The notes under the pieces are model-generated. The model was not told the DNA's origin and did not search any database. It saw only the letters and a list, made by a program, of their open reading frames with translations. From a candidate division WWE3 bacterium (lineage in GTDB: Bacteria > Patescibacteriota > WWE3 > UBA101185 > UBA10185): a DNA stretch of 64,000 nucleotides. Positions 19,165 to 28,746 of the stretch are shown here, in pieces (position 1 is the first letter of the stretch; the number at the start of each line of letters is the position of its first letter). Location of the stretch: positions 169,569-233,568 of the forward strand of contig JBPOHV010000001.1 of the NCBI GenBank assembly GCA_052035175.1. Direction: 5' to 3'. The position numbers were made by a program, and so were the translations under genes.

Positions 19165-21378
19165 TTATGTTTGGACCTGTATTTCTAATGTTGGTTTCAA
19201 GATCTCGAGAACTGTTCGGAACCTACTAAATACCTGGTTATACAAATTTACCTCCCTTGGAGCACTAACCTCAACTACTAGTGCATAAGGAATCTCTTGA
19301 GCTTCTCTCGATTTATTACCACCATCTCTGGCAATATAGTGAACATTAAATTCAGGATTTTTAAGACTTTTTCCAAGCATAGACCGTGAGGAAGAAACAG
19401 TGGGTTCCCACCTATGGGAATCGTACCTCTTGTCGTCCCCATCAAGGCCCTTGTAAAGCCTAGAAGAAGAAAAGAATGGTTTTGAATCTGGGTACTCCTG
19501 GTTAGGATCCTTCTTTTTGTCTTCATGAGGTCTAAAAACCATTTCAAGACCACTTTGGGTATAGTTCGCTGAATCCTGTGGGTCAGTAGAAGTGGCATAA
19601 CACATAGTGGCCTTAACTAGAACCTTTCCTCTTATTTGAGTGTTTGGAAGAGGAACCGGAATTCTCATCCATTCCCCAGGACTCAATTTACCCTGGTAGA
19701 CTACCTTTACACAGTGATCATCACATGAAGTTATTAAACCAATATCGGAGTTTAATTTTCCCCATCCTACATCCGCTATATCGTGATTTTCCTTTTCACT
19801 AGAATGGATAAGTAGTGTCTTTATTGCAAGTGGATTCAAGTTGCTGCCAAATAGTGCACGGACACCGACTGCTCCTCTCAGTACCAAAGGAGCTGCAAAG
19901 CTAGTTCCCTGTACTGGAATCGAAAAACCGGCATTATCATTATCTACGACCCAGAAAAACTCCTTGGTTGAACCACCAAATCCAAGCAAATCAGGTTTTA
20001 TATATCCAGGAAGTCTACCAGGACCAATACAACTATAGCTTGCTTTTTGCCAATTATCGCCTTGACTATCCGCAGCACCGATACATAACCCGTTAACACA
20101 ATCTGATGGAGGTTGAATACGAGCATTTCCAGAAGCTCTATCCAAATGACCATTATTACCTGCAGCTAATGTTGCCAATATTGCTCCGTCAGAGAAAACT
20201 TCATCTAGTACCGAAGTCCATGCGTGCACATCACTATCCTCAACAGGTATGTCTGGACCACAGCTTATATTGACGAAATTATAGTTAGTAGAAGTAAGAA
20301 TATCCTTGATTCTTTTAAGCACTTTTATTAGGTTGGCATCGACATTGTCACTGGCGTCAAAAACTCTATATAGATCAACGTATGAGTAGGGTTGAGGTGA
20401 TTGGACACCATCTTGCAGTGAGCCGAAAAGAAAAGCCGATGATACCCATTGTCCATGATTTACTCCATGTGCAATTGGTTGGCTTAATTTCCCAATTTCC
20501 TTTTTATCTACCCACTTTGACAAAGAACTGTTGTCGGGAAACCCACCGTCAAATATTGCAACTTTCAAATTAGGGTCAACAGGTTTTACATCTGGCAAAT
20601 TAATAGGGAAATTTATACCAGTTGAACGCAAAGCTGGTTCGAAACCACGCAGTTTGGGCATTTCTCTTAGCACTCTCAAGAAAGAGTATTCAGCAATTTC
20701 TTGCGCTTTAGTTTTTGGGGCTTCAAGTGACAAAAAACATAAACCTTTTGAAAAAATAAGATCACCAATGGTCGAGTCCCCTTCAAGGGAATCCAAATAT
20801 TTTTTAAATCCATTTACGAGATAAGATTCATCAGCTGAGGCATGTAAGACTGCTTCAAACGTCAACCGATTTTTTTCCGTATGTATTGGAATCAATTTTT
20901 CCGAAATATTCAAAGGCTTAATCATTTCTATCTTCGATAATTCCACTCCTTCGATTGAATTAGGAATGGTTCTTACCAAAAGTTCAGGTAGTGCTTCTAA
21001 TTTTGTTTTCTCTCCGGCAACGAATATTTCTGTTGTTACTACGTCGGTGGTATCTCTCTTTTTCGTCCACTTTTCCGGTTTTATCTTTGTCATCCTGCTT
21101 CCAACTTGTTCTAAATTCCACGAGCGAAATAAAGATTCTGGATAATATGATTTTGCTGTAAATTCTGGATGCAAAACGAAAGAAACCACAGTTTGGTTTT
21201 CGGGACAAGCCAAATCGGGCAAAGATTGAACAGATTTTAAAGTCTGACCAATTTGGACCCCAAGCCTTTTCACGGATTCCTCAAAAGAATATGGCATGCT
21301 CTTATTCAAAGCAGTCTTTGGAGGATCCATTTTTTCTGTTAATCGTTCACCAAAACCGAGGAGGAAATTTCTTGGCAT
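19165..21378 (-). CDS. S8 family subtilisin-like serine peptidase (IetS-like)
   Basis: Subtilase catalytic Ser motif 'GTSFAAPLV'. 'HGVNHGQ' His region. 'AAGNNGHLD' oxyanion/Asn region. Sits 2 nt downstream of the AAA+ gene. Confidence 0.7.
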   Translation of the reverse strand: MPRNFLLGFGERLTEKMDPPKTALNKSMPYSFEESVKRLGVQIGQTLKSVQSLPDLACPENQTVVSFVLHPEFTAKSYYPESLFRSWNLEQVGSRMTKIKPEKWTKKRDTTDVVTTEIFVAGEKTKLEALPELLVRTIPNSIEGVELSKIEMIKPLNISEKLIPIHTEKNRLTFEAVLHASADESYLVNGFKKYLDSLEGDSTIGDLIFSKGLCFLSLEAPKTKAQEIAEYSFLRVLREMPKLRGFEPALRSTGINFPINLPDVKPVDPNLKVAIFDGGFPDNSSLSKWVDKKEIGKLSQPIAHGVNHGQWVSSAFLFGSLQDGVQSPQPYSYVDLYRVFDASDNVDANLIKVLKRIKDILTSTNYNFVNISCGPDIPVEDSDVHAWTSVLDEVFSDGAILATLAAGNNGHLDRASGNARIQPPSDCVNGLCIGAADSQGDNWQKASYSCIGPGRLPGYIKPDLLGFGGSTKEFFWVVDNDNAGFSIPVQGTSFAAPLVLRGAVGVRALFGSNLNPLAIKTLLIHSSEKENHDIADVGWGKLNSDIGLITSCDDHCVKVVYQGKLSPGEWMRIPVPLPNTQIRGKVLVKATMCYATSTDPQDSANYTQSGLEMVFRPHEDKKKDPNQEYPDSKPFFSSSRLYKGLDGDDKRYDSHRWEPTVSSSRSMLGKSLKNPEFNVHYIARDGGNKSREAQEIPYALVVEVSAPREVNLYNQVFSRFRTVLEILKPTLEIQVQT

Positions 21379-21379
21379 A

Positions 21380-22471
21380 TTAATCTCCTTTAATCTTCTT
21401 GCTTAGAGTAGTTCTGCTGATACCAACCATCTCACTGGCACTTCTTTGAGAACTACCTAAGCTAACCATTAATTTAGCTACTTTCAATTTTGATTCTTTA
21501 TCTAATTTATCAATGTGTTGCGTGAAATATTCAACAACAGCATTATCTAATTTAATTTTTTTTATCACTGACTGTTTTCTAATTGATAACACAGCCCTTT
21601 CAATATCGCTAAAAGACAAAGAATTTAAAAGTGATACCAAATAATTTTTAACCTCTTTTGACTCAATTTTCTCTTTTCCCAAATAAAGGTCTACAGCCTT
21701 AACAACTTGCTCTGTTAAAGGCATTGGAAATTCAATCTCTAAATCAAATCTTCTCCATACTGCTGGGTCTAACAATGAAGCATGGTTTGTCGCAGCAATT
21801 AATAAACTATGCTCTGGCCACTCATCTATCTCTTGAAGAATGACTGTTACTAATCTCTTAAGTTCTCCAACATCTGCATTGTCATCTCTTTTTTTAGCAA
21901 TAGCATCAATTTCATCCAAAAGTAAAACACATTCCATACCCTTTGCGTAATCAAGTACATTTCTAATATTTGAGCCAGTGCGACCCAAAAAACTGCTCAT
22001 GACAGCGGATAAATCAAGTACCAAGAGGGGCATGCCTAATTTATAGGCAACCCATTTTGCTGCTAATGATTTACCGACACCAGGCTTTCCAGTAAATATA
22101 ATTGATTTTGTTGCTTGTAAACCATGCTCTCTTAATTTTCTTTTCTGTGTTCTTTCTACAATTACCTGATTAAAAATTTTTTGAATGGAATTTTCCCAAA
22201 TTGGCTCAAAGTCTAAAATGGGTTTATGAAACATACGAACCAGCTCTAGTCTAGTATCTAAGTCTACTGGGATATTGGCCATTTTTGTGTTTCTAAAACC
22301 ACTTACATTTCCTTTGTGAAATATATTTAATTTATTACTCAAATCTGGATAGTTTTCTTTAAGAACTTTGTGATGACGCTTGAGGTACATCTGCAAATCT
22401 TCAGACTTATTTTCAGCAGACAATCTTATTAGCTGGTACAGAATTTCTTGTATGTTCTTTTTTTGAGCCAT
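21380..22471 (-). CDS. AAA+ ATPase with C-terminal Fis-type HTH (IetA-like)
   Basis: Walker A 'GKPGVGKS'. Walker B 'LLLDEID'. Sensor-1/Arg-finger region 'ATNHASLLDPAVWRRFD'. C-terminal 'GISRTTLSKKIK' Fis/NtrC-type HTH. Confidence 0.7.
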   Translation of the reverse strand: MAQKKNIQEILYQLIRLSAENKSEDLQMYLKRHHKVLKENYPDLSNKLNIFHKGNVSGFRNTKMANIPVDLDTRLELVRMFHKPILDFEPIWENSIQKIFNQVIVERTQKRKLREHGLQATKSIIFTGKPGVGKSLAAKWVAYKLGMPLLVLDLSAVMSSFLGRTGSNIRNVLDYAKGMECVLLLDEIDAIAKKRDDNADVGELKRLVTVILQEIDEWPEHSLLIAATNHASLLDPAVWRRFDLEIEFPMPLTEQVVKAVDLYLGKEKIESKEVKNYLVSLLNSLSFSDIERAVLSIRKQSVIKKIKLDNAVVEYFTQHIDKLDKESKLKVAKLMVSLGSSQRSASEMVGISRTTLSKKIKGD

Positions 22472-22584
22472 TTTAATTACCTTATTATTATCTTGAATAT
22501 AATTAGATTATTACTTTCTGGAACAGAAATCAATAGTCTCGTTTGGAAATGTGCCAGTTAAATGAGGACCTTTTAATATTAAAG

Positions 22585-22610
22585 TTTTCTCTTTTTTGTA
22601 GAAGAGAAAA
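22585..22610 (-). terminator. rho-independent terminator after the M23 peptidase / T4SS operon
   Basis: 9-bp inverted repeat TTTTCTCTT/AAGAGAAAA with a 7-nt loop, followed on the minus strand by U-rich sequence. Confidence 0.4.
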
Positions 22611-22619
22611 CCTTCTTAA

Positions 22620-23228
22620 TTAATGCAAAAACACCATGGGATCTACTGGCAACCCAAACACGCGTATTTCAAAATGTAAATGTGGTCCGGTTGCCCAACC
22701 AGTCTCACCCATTTTGCCTATTACATCTCCTAGTTTTACTTCCTGGCCTTTAAATACATAAATTTTGTCAAGATGTGCATAGACCGAGCTAATGTTGTTG
22801 CCATTGTCAATAATAATATGCTTGCCATATCCCCAGAAGATTTCACCTGCATAGATGACTTTCCCATCCATAAAAGCAATCACTGGATCACCAATTTTTC
22901 CTTGAGGATTAGCAATATCCAGCCCCGTATGAAATACCTGATACAGACTTGATTCACCAAACTTTAGAGTAACAACTCCTTGTGCTGGCCATGCAAATGG
23001 ACCTGGTACTTCTGCAAAAACACTTCCATCTTTGGGATTGAGAACTTGGATGGTACTGGTATTAACCTCAACATCAACCAGTGCATCAGACACAATATTG
23101 ATACCCGTGTGCATGAGGATGAATACGGCAATAACCGGAAGTGATAAAACAATCAGGAATGAAAAGAGGACAAGCTTCAGTTCGTTACGAAATGACCAAA
23201 TTGTACTAGCAGTAAATAGTGGATGCAT
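22620..23228 (-). CDS. M23 family metallopeptidase (T4SS-associated cell-wall hydrolase)
   Basis: N-terminal TM anchor. 'HTGLDI' and 'GPHLHFEI' zinc-ligand motifs of LytM/M23. Last gene of the conjugation operon. Confidence 0.75.
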   Translation of the reverse strand: MHPLFTASTIWSFRNELKLVLFSFLIVLSLPVIAVFILMHTGINIVSDALVDVEVNTSTIQVLNPKDGSVFAEVPGPFAWPAQGVVTLKFGESSLYQVFHTGLDIANPQGKIGDPVIAFMDGKVIYAGEIFWGYGKHIIIDNGNNISSVYAHLDKIYVFKGQEVKLGDVIGKMGETGWATGPHLHFEIRVFGLPVDPMVFLH

Positions 23229-23232
23229 TCAT

Positions 23233-25062
23233 TTATGTATAGATCTCCCTCGGATCAGTGGTTAAAAGGGGATGCTCTTTCTCTGAAGCAACTACTTTCA
23301 CCGCCACATGGTTTTGATCGGCTATAACCAGAGCTTCTCCACGATCACAAGTCAATAGAAAATGCTGTTCATATTCACTCAAATGAAACTCTTGGGCTAC
23401 TTTTTTAATGGTTGTTGTATCCTGCTTCATAAGAATCCTCAGCGAGGATTGTGATGCAACTGCACGACCATAATCTTGATTTAAAAAGTCATTGGCCTGT
23501 TGGCTGATAATCGTTACTCCCAAGTAATATTTTCTGGCTCTGCGAACGAGTCCTGCCACAAACCTCGCACTTTCCTCATGTTGCAGGAGTAGCCAGCCCT
23601 CATCGATGACGAGGATTCTCTTTTGTGGATGTGATTTGACTTGTGAATGCACAAAGTTGGCAATCGTGAGCATCATGACTTGTCTTAATGATTCATCCAA
23701 ATCTTTAATATCAAATACCACCAATCGATTATCAAGTTTTACATTGGTTTGTGAATCAAAAACAGATGAGAGTGAACCTGTCACAAACTTATCAAGCCGG
23801 TGGCATAACTCTTTTTGATTCATAGCTTTGAGTTCTTTATAAAAATCTTTCAATTGAGGCATAGTGACGTTTTTGCTTCTATTCTCTTTCTTCATGGTAA
23901 TTCCGACTTTCTTGTACGTTTGGATAAGGGCTTTATCAACCACTGCCTTTTCTTCATCTGAGAGTGAACCAGCCATCAGAGAAATAATTTCAGTAAGGTC
24001 TTGGATATGTTCAGCTAAGGCATTTTCACCAGTTGCCGTATGCAATGAAAAATCAAAGGGATTGATCTTTTCGTGGGAAGTTGCTGATAATTTGATGTAT
24101 GTACCTTTAACAGATTTCGCCAGTTGCTTGTACTCCCGTTCGGGGTCAATGACGATTACCTTGGTGCCTTGCATGAGCTGGCGCAAGATTTCAACTTTTG
24201 CGGTATAACTTTTACCACTGCCTGATTGGGCAAAGATAATTGAGTTAGCATTGTTTAGTGAGAATCGATCCACAATAACGAGCGAATTGTTTGACCTATT
24301 AATCCCATACAATATCCCTGATTCTTGTACTAACTCTGAAGATACAAACGGGAATGTTAAAGCAGCTGACGAACTATCAAGATTTCTTCTCTGCCCTAAT
24401 TGATTCTCTCCTCGAGGAAGAACTGACTGTAAGCCTTCGAGTTGTTGGAAGGTAGCAGTTTTAAGATAAAAGAGTCTGGTGGACATGACTGTTTCTAAAA
24501 TGGTAGTGGTTTTATCGAGTTCAGTTAAGGAATCTGCTGTAATCGTCATGTAGATTGAGATTTGGAATAGTTTTTCTTGGCCTCGTTGGATTTTGTCTTT
24601 TAACTCCATTGCCGACTCCAAAGGGTCAGTAATTTCTGAACCAATCACTTTACCCGCTTTGAGCATTGAGCGCTTGGTTGATTCAAGCTCAGTGATTTTT
24701 CTATTTAGTTTTGGTAATGCTAAGAGTGGATCAACGTGTTCAATGTGATACGAAATATCAATATTGTGGTTAAAGTTAATCAGCATATTGAGCCAACCCA
24801 CAGATGCTACATATGGATAACCGGAGATGAAAAGTGTTCGAACACATTTATCTCCCACTTTAAGATATGAAGATTCTTCTGACAGTCCGGAATATGAAAT
24901 GAGGTCAACTTGATCTTGTTCACCAAAATGAAACTCAACTGCTTTCTTGGTGATTTCTTTAGTAGTAGCTTTTCGCTTTCTTTTCTTTAGTTTAGGAAAT
25001 TTAAAAGTTAATCTACTAAGTGGCAGTTTTTGTAATAATTGTGGTGTTGGGATATTAAACAT
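23233..25062 (-). CDS. VirB4/TrsE-type conjugative transfer ATPase (ATPase portion)
   Basis: Walker A 'AQSGSGKSYTAK'. Walker B 'LVIDEGW'. Matches VirB4 size and layout once combined with the upstream ORF. Confidence 0.75.
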   Translation of the reverse strand: MFNIPTPQLLQKLPLSRLTFKFPKLKKRKRKATTKEITKKAVEFHFGEQDQVDLISYSGLSEESSYLKVGDKCVRTLFISGYPYVASVGWLNMLINFNHNIDISYHIEHVDPLLALPKLNRKITELESTKRSMLKAGKVIGSEITDPLESAMELKDKIQRGQEKLFQISIYMTITADSLTELDKTTTILETVMSTRLFYLKTATFQQLEGLQSVLPRGENQLGQRRNLDSSSAALTFPFVSSELVQESGILYGINRSNNSLVIVDRFSLNNANSIIFAQSGSGKSYTAKVEILRQLMQGTKVIVIDPEREYKQLAKSVKGTYIKLSATSHEKINPFDFSLHTATGENALAEHIQDLTEIISLMAGSLSDEEKAVVDKALIQTYKKVGITMKKENRSKNVTMPQLKDFYKELKAMNQKELCHRLDKFVTGSLSSVFDSQTNVKLDNRLVVFDIKDLDESLRQVMMLTIANFVHSQVKSHPQKRILVIDEGWLLLQHEESARFVAGLVRRARKYYLGVTIISQQANDFLNQDYGRAVASQSSLRILMKQDTTTIKKVAQEFHLSEYEQHFLLTCDRGEALVIADQNHVAVKVVASEKEHPLLTTDPREIYT

Positions 25063-25675
25063 AGTGATGTTCCAGTAACCTTTCTATGGTTTGACCTTTG
25101 AGCGCCTGAGTTTTTATTTGGGACGGGTTGTAGAAACTGTAGAAAAGATCCAGAATTTCTAAACTATCCAGTTGTCTGGCTTTCATCCCCAGTTTATCCA
25201 ATCCCTTCATTACTAAATCACGGGTTAAATGGAGTTGTTCCTTTACTAACTCTCTATCAGGATGTTTGTCTTCTGAATGGTGGGGAATGACAACGTAGAA
25301 ATGTCTGGAGAGAATTTTATTACCACTTACCAAATTTCGAATGAAGTCACAGTAGGCTTGGATTTGTAGTTTATAGACCGTCTCTTTTTCCTTCTCTTTT
25401 GTCTGAAGAATTTGACCCACATAATCGTCAATATCTAGTTCCCGTACTCGAATGAGAATTTGGAGTTTGCAAGGAAGAGCGTTTAAGAAGTTTTGGAAGC
25501 TATCAATTAACACATCCTGCTCATCTTCACTTTTCAACTCAAAATTAACCGATGAAGAAGCCAACACAAGCCTATATTCGTTATTAGGAAGGGTTAAGAT
25601 ACCATCCTGCACTTCCTTAATGGCAATCTGTCTTCGTGAACTCACCTTATTTTGCGATTTCTTGAAAAGCCACAT
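25055..25675 (-). CDS. VirB4 N-terminal domain ORF (split from the ATPase portion)
   Basis: Resembles N-terminal domains of Gram-positive VirB4 homologues. Its stop overlaps the start of the ATPase ORF at the 8-nt 'ATGTTTAA' overlap, in a different frame. Confidence 0.45.
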   Translation of the reverse strand: MWLFKKSQNKVSSRRQIAIKEVQDGILTLPNNEYRLVLASSSVNFELKSEDEQDVLIDSFQNFLNALPCKLQILIRVRELDIDDYVGQILQTKEKEKETVYKLQIQAYCDFIRNLVSGNKILSRHFYVVIPHHSEDKHPDRELVKEQLHLTRDLVMKGLDKLGMKARQLDSLEILDLFYSFYNPSQIKTQALKGQTIERLLEHHYV

Positions 25676-26165
25676 TTAAGCCTCCTTTCTTTGCAACACG
25701 GAACTTCAAATCAAATTTTTTATTGGTCAATGCATACTCCAGTTTGATTGCGTCAGATATATGTAATGTCGACAGTTTAGTTTCTACTGTTTCCTTTACT
25801 ACTTTCTTTTTAAAAGTGAATCGTGGTTTGGTAACTATCTTGGGAAGGTCAAGTAGGCGCTGATAGGTATCGTTTTTGTTGAAGACATAGAATCGCGGTC
25901 GCAGATTGTATCGAAATAGAATTATTAACCATTGTGCAACAACTACACCTTCAATTCGTAAGGAGAGAAAAATACATATAAGCGTAATTACGATCGTTAA
26001 TGCTAGTTTGTAGACAACCAACTGCATGCTTGGTGGAAACAAGACGTAAATGATTGTCGCGAGACACACTGGAGAAATGAGGATCATTATTTGGGTTAGG
26101 CTCAAGTTACCTGCGATCTTGTCTTCTACGGTAGTTATTTGTGCTGGGATGACTTTGGTTCTCAT
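25647..26165 (-). CDS. VirB3-like small membrane protein
   Basis: Two hydrophobic helices near the N-terminus. Position between the VirB6-like and VirB4 genes. Confidence 0.35.
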   Translation of the reverse strand: MRTKVIPAQITTVEDKIAGNLSLTQIMILISPVCLATIIYVLFPPSMQLVVYKLALTIVITLICIFLSLRIEGVVVAQWLIILFRYNLRPRFYVFNKNDTYQRLLDLPKIVTKPRFTFKKKVVKETVETKLSTLHISDAIKLEYALTNKKFDLKFRVAKKGGLNVAFQEIAK

Positions 26166-27451
26166 GCGTTTATGACCTTTCTCGGTGTTTTGGCGATTCC
26201 TTGTGCTACAGCTCTGGTTGCAGACGATGAATTGTCAGCACTCATCACATTCATGATTTGGTTCCCGAGCTTTTTAAATGTTCCTGTTCTTGAAGTATAA
26301 AAAGCCATGCCCATCATGTAGGAGGGAATTTTAAGGAGGGTAAAAAATAGTCCAATCGCAACGGCAATAGAAATTAAAGAATTCTCAGTATGTGCAGGCA
26401 GGGCAAGAAATGAAGCAGCCAGTTGAATGACGACGACATGCACAAAAGCCATGAAGACTGTAACAAAGTACGTTTTGACAGCAATACTAGCCATATCAGA
26501 AAACTTAGGTAAGGTTGAGAGTAAAAAGATAAAGGGTGACAGCACTGCTCCCAGAGAAATGAGAATCAATCGGCTGATGTACATAAGAAGCAGGACAATC
26601 GAGAGAATCAAAAACAGAACTAAAAATACCAAAGTAATAAGCGGTGTAGCACCAGTAATAAATGCAGCTGGATTAATTGCATCCATGATCCAGGCTTGAT
26701 TGAGTCCACCGGTTGAATTGAGAACTGCCGCAACTAGAGCGTTGCAGGTAATAATCACGTAGTCGGCTAAGAATAAGGAGGTATTGGCTCCTAGAAACGC
26801 GAGTCCAAGTTTCGGAAGCAACACTTTGAGTTCCACTTCTTCAAAACCAAAAGTACTCGCACTCATAACTTGGAGGCCAAGCAGGGCTACGACGAGGACA
26901 AATAACGTATCGACAATCCCCAGACTTACCAGCCAGAAGTTTCTCACCACAGTGTTATTTAACAGTGTAGGAGTGGTCGTAAGATAGCCAATAACGCCAT
27001 TCACAATGGGAGCGGTGGAACTTTCTACGATATTTTGGATAAAACCGGAAACAGCATCAATTAGGACTTGAGTCAGACCTTCACTTGGTTCGACGCTTTC
27101 AATAGGAACAAGTTCAATCGGAATACTTCCACTAGGATTTTCTGTAGGTGTGAGTGCTTGAGTAAAGACAGAAACAATCAGATTGGCTGAAAGAACGAGG
27201 AGTAATCCGATCAGGGCATTCTTGATCGTGTGTTTGGCAGATTCCAAGGCATCAGGTCTACCTGTTGAGGTTATATAGGTGTAGCCACCCTTAATCAGGA
27301 AAAAGACTGAAGACAAAGAAGCGATGAGAGTTAAAATTTGCAGTGTGTTGTTGGTGTAATCAACTAACCCGGAATCAGCGGCAAAGGTATGAGAAGGAAA
27401 TAAAAAGAGACACAATATTATTACAAATAGGATGCATATACGCCTTATCAT
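26162..27451 (-). CDS. VirB6/TrbL-like polytopic membrane protein with N-terminal pilin-like segment
   Basis: Signal peptide plus at least six TM helices. The N-terminal segment 'GGYTYITSTGRPDALESAKHTIKNALIGLLLVL' is paralogous to the upstream VirB2-like pilin. Confidence 0.55.
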   Translation of the reverse strand: MIRRICILFVIILCLFLFPSHTFAADSGLVDYTNNTLQILTLIASLSSVFFLIKGGYTYITSTGRPDALESAKHTIKNALIGLLLVLSANLIVSVFTQALTPTENPSGSIPIELVPIESVEPSEGLTQVLIDAVSGFIQNIVESSTAPIVNGVIGYLTTTPTLLNNTVVRNFWLVSLGIVDTLFVLVVALLGLQVMSASTFGFEEVELKVLLPKLGLAFLGANTSLFLADYVIITCNALVAAVLNSTGGLNQAWIMDAINPAAFITGATPLITLVFLVLFLILSIVLLLMYISRLILISLGAVLSPFIFLLSTLPKFSDMASIAVKTYFVTVFMAFVHVVVIQLAASFLALPAHTENSLISIAVAIGLFFTLLKIPSYMMGMAFYTSRTGTFKKLGNQIMNVMSADNSSSATRAVAQGIAKTPRKVINA

Positions 27452-27482
27452 GAATGGATGCTTTCACTTTAGGCAGTGACAC

Positions 27483-27818
27483 TTACTGACCAGATCCGAA
27501 TGCTGTTGTTGCAAGTTGACTGATGACATTAGACAGTACAAAAGCAGCCAACACGATAGTTAATCCAACCGCTGAATACAAAATGGTCTTCTTTGATTTA
27601 TCCAGTGCTTCAGGACTCCCAGAACTCGTAATATATCCAAATCCTCCCCAGACCAGAAAACCTGCGGCAACTAAGCCCGAGAGAGTGACAAGAACTTGAA
27701 TAATACTCTGGATGAATGTTTGAATTTTAGAAACATCAGCGGACTCGGCAAAGGCTGGAGGAGCGGCGATAAGAAGTAAGGTGAGAATTATTGCTTGTGT
27801 GTAGATAAATTTTTTCAT
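27483..27818 (-). CDS. VirB2/TrbC-like pilin
   Basis: 111 aa. Signal peptide (AFA cleavage-like) followed by two hydrophobic segments. First gene of the T4SS operon. Confidence 0.5.
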   Translation of the reverse strand: MKKFIYTQAIILTLLLIAAPPAFAESADVSKIQTFIQSIIQVLVTLSGLVAAGFLVWGGFGYITSSGSPEALDKSKKTILYSAVGLTIVLAAFVLSNVISQLATTAFGSGQ

Positions 27819-27876
27819 ATTCCACCCCCTTTAGGTAAGTGTTTATACTTGGGGCAGAAATGAAACCTGATTTATA

Positions 27877-27899
27877 CAAAAAAACTGCCAAGGTGGCAG
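27877..27899 (-). terminator. possible terminator after uppP
   Basis: CTGCCA-AGG-TGGCAG hairpin, followed on the minus strand by a T7 tract. Confidence 0.3.
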
Positions 27900-27980
27900 C
27901 AGGTTGTTCAATTACTTGAACTGAGGAGATTATAGCAATCCAGATAGTAAAGTCAATTGGTTTGTACTAACCGTTTATTT

Positions 27981-28745
27981 TTAATAGTACAATAGAAAGC
28001 ATACTCCCAAAAATATTCTATAGTACCCAAAAATAGCAAAACCGTTCTTTTCTATGAGATTTAGAAACAGTTTAACTGCAATCCAAGCTGAAATAAAAGA
28101 AATGACACTGCCTATCCCAAGTAGTAAAAACTCGTAGTTTGAGAGAGAAGCTGACGTTTTGAGTAAGTCAAAACCGGTTGCGGCAAGCACGGTGGGAACT
28201 GCAAGTAAAAAGGAGAACTCCGTTGCCTGCTTTTTTGAAAGACCAGTATACATCCCTCCCAGTATTGTTGCAGCAGCTCGAGAAACTCCTGGGATTACAG
28301 AGATACTTTGGGTCAAACCAATAATAAACGCGTTCTTGTATGAAATACTCTCAATCTCTACGTCCTTGCTTATGTGTAGCGATTTATTTTTATCAACGAT
28401 GACCAGTACTATTCCTCCTAAGATAAGAGCAATAGAAACAACGAGTGGATTAAATAAAAATATTTTGATGGTTTTGTAGAATAAAAAACCAATTATGGCC
28501 GTAGGCACAAATGCTACAGCCAACTTTTTGTAGATTTGAATACTACTAAGGAAGCTTTTTGCATATAAACAAACGACTGCAAGAATCGCTCCAAGCTGAA
28601 TAGCAATCTCAAAGGTCTTCACAAATTCCTGATTTGATAACTGCAAAACAGAAGACGCCAAAATCATATGGCCTGTAGAAGAAATTGGTAGAAATTCTGT
28701 GAAACCTTCGATGATGCCTAAAATAGTTACATCAAAAAAGTTCAT
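27981..28745 (-). CDS. uppP: undecaprenyl-diphosphatase (BacA/UppP, bacitracin resistance)
   Basis: 'EGFTEFLPISSTGHMIL' N-terminal signature. 8 TM helices. Length 254 aa. Confidence 0.85.
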   Translation of the reverse strand: MNFFDVTILGIIEGFTEFLPISSTGHMILASSVLQLSNQEFVKTFEIAIQLGAILAVVCLYAKSFLSSIQIYKKLAVAFVPTAIIGFLFYKTIKIFLFNPLVVSIALILGGIVLVIVDKNKSLHISKDVEIESISYKNAFIIGLTQSISVIPGVSRAAATILGGMYTGLSKKQATEFSFLLAVPTVLAATGFDLLKTSASLSNYEFLLLGIGSVISFISAWIAVKLFLNLIEKNGFAIFGYYRIFLGVCFLLYY

Positions 28746-28746
28746 G

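Noticed and set aside
25055-25062. Programmed ribosomal frameshift joining the two VirB4 ORFs
   Set aside because: No slippery heptamer or downstream structure is evident at the overlap. Translational coupling or an indel are simpler explanations. This is kept only as a finding to check.
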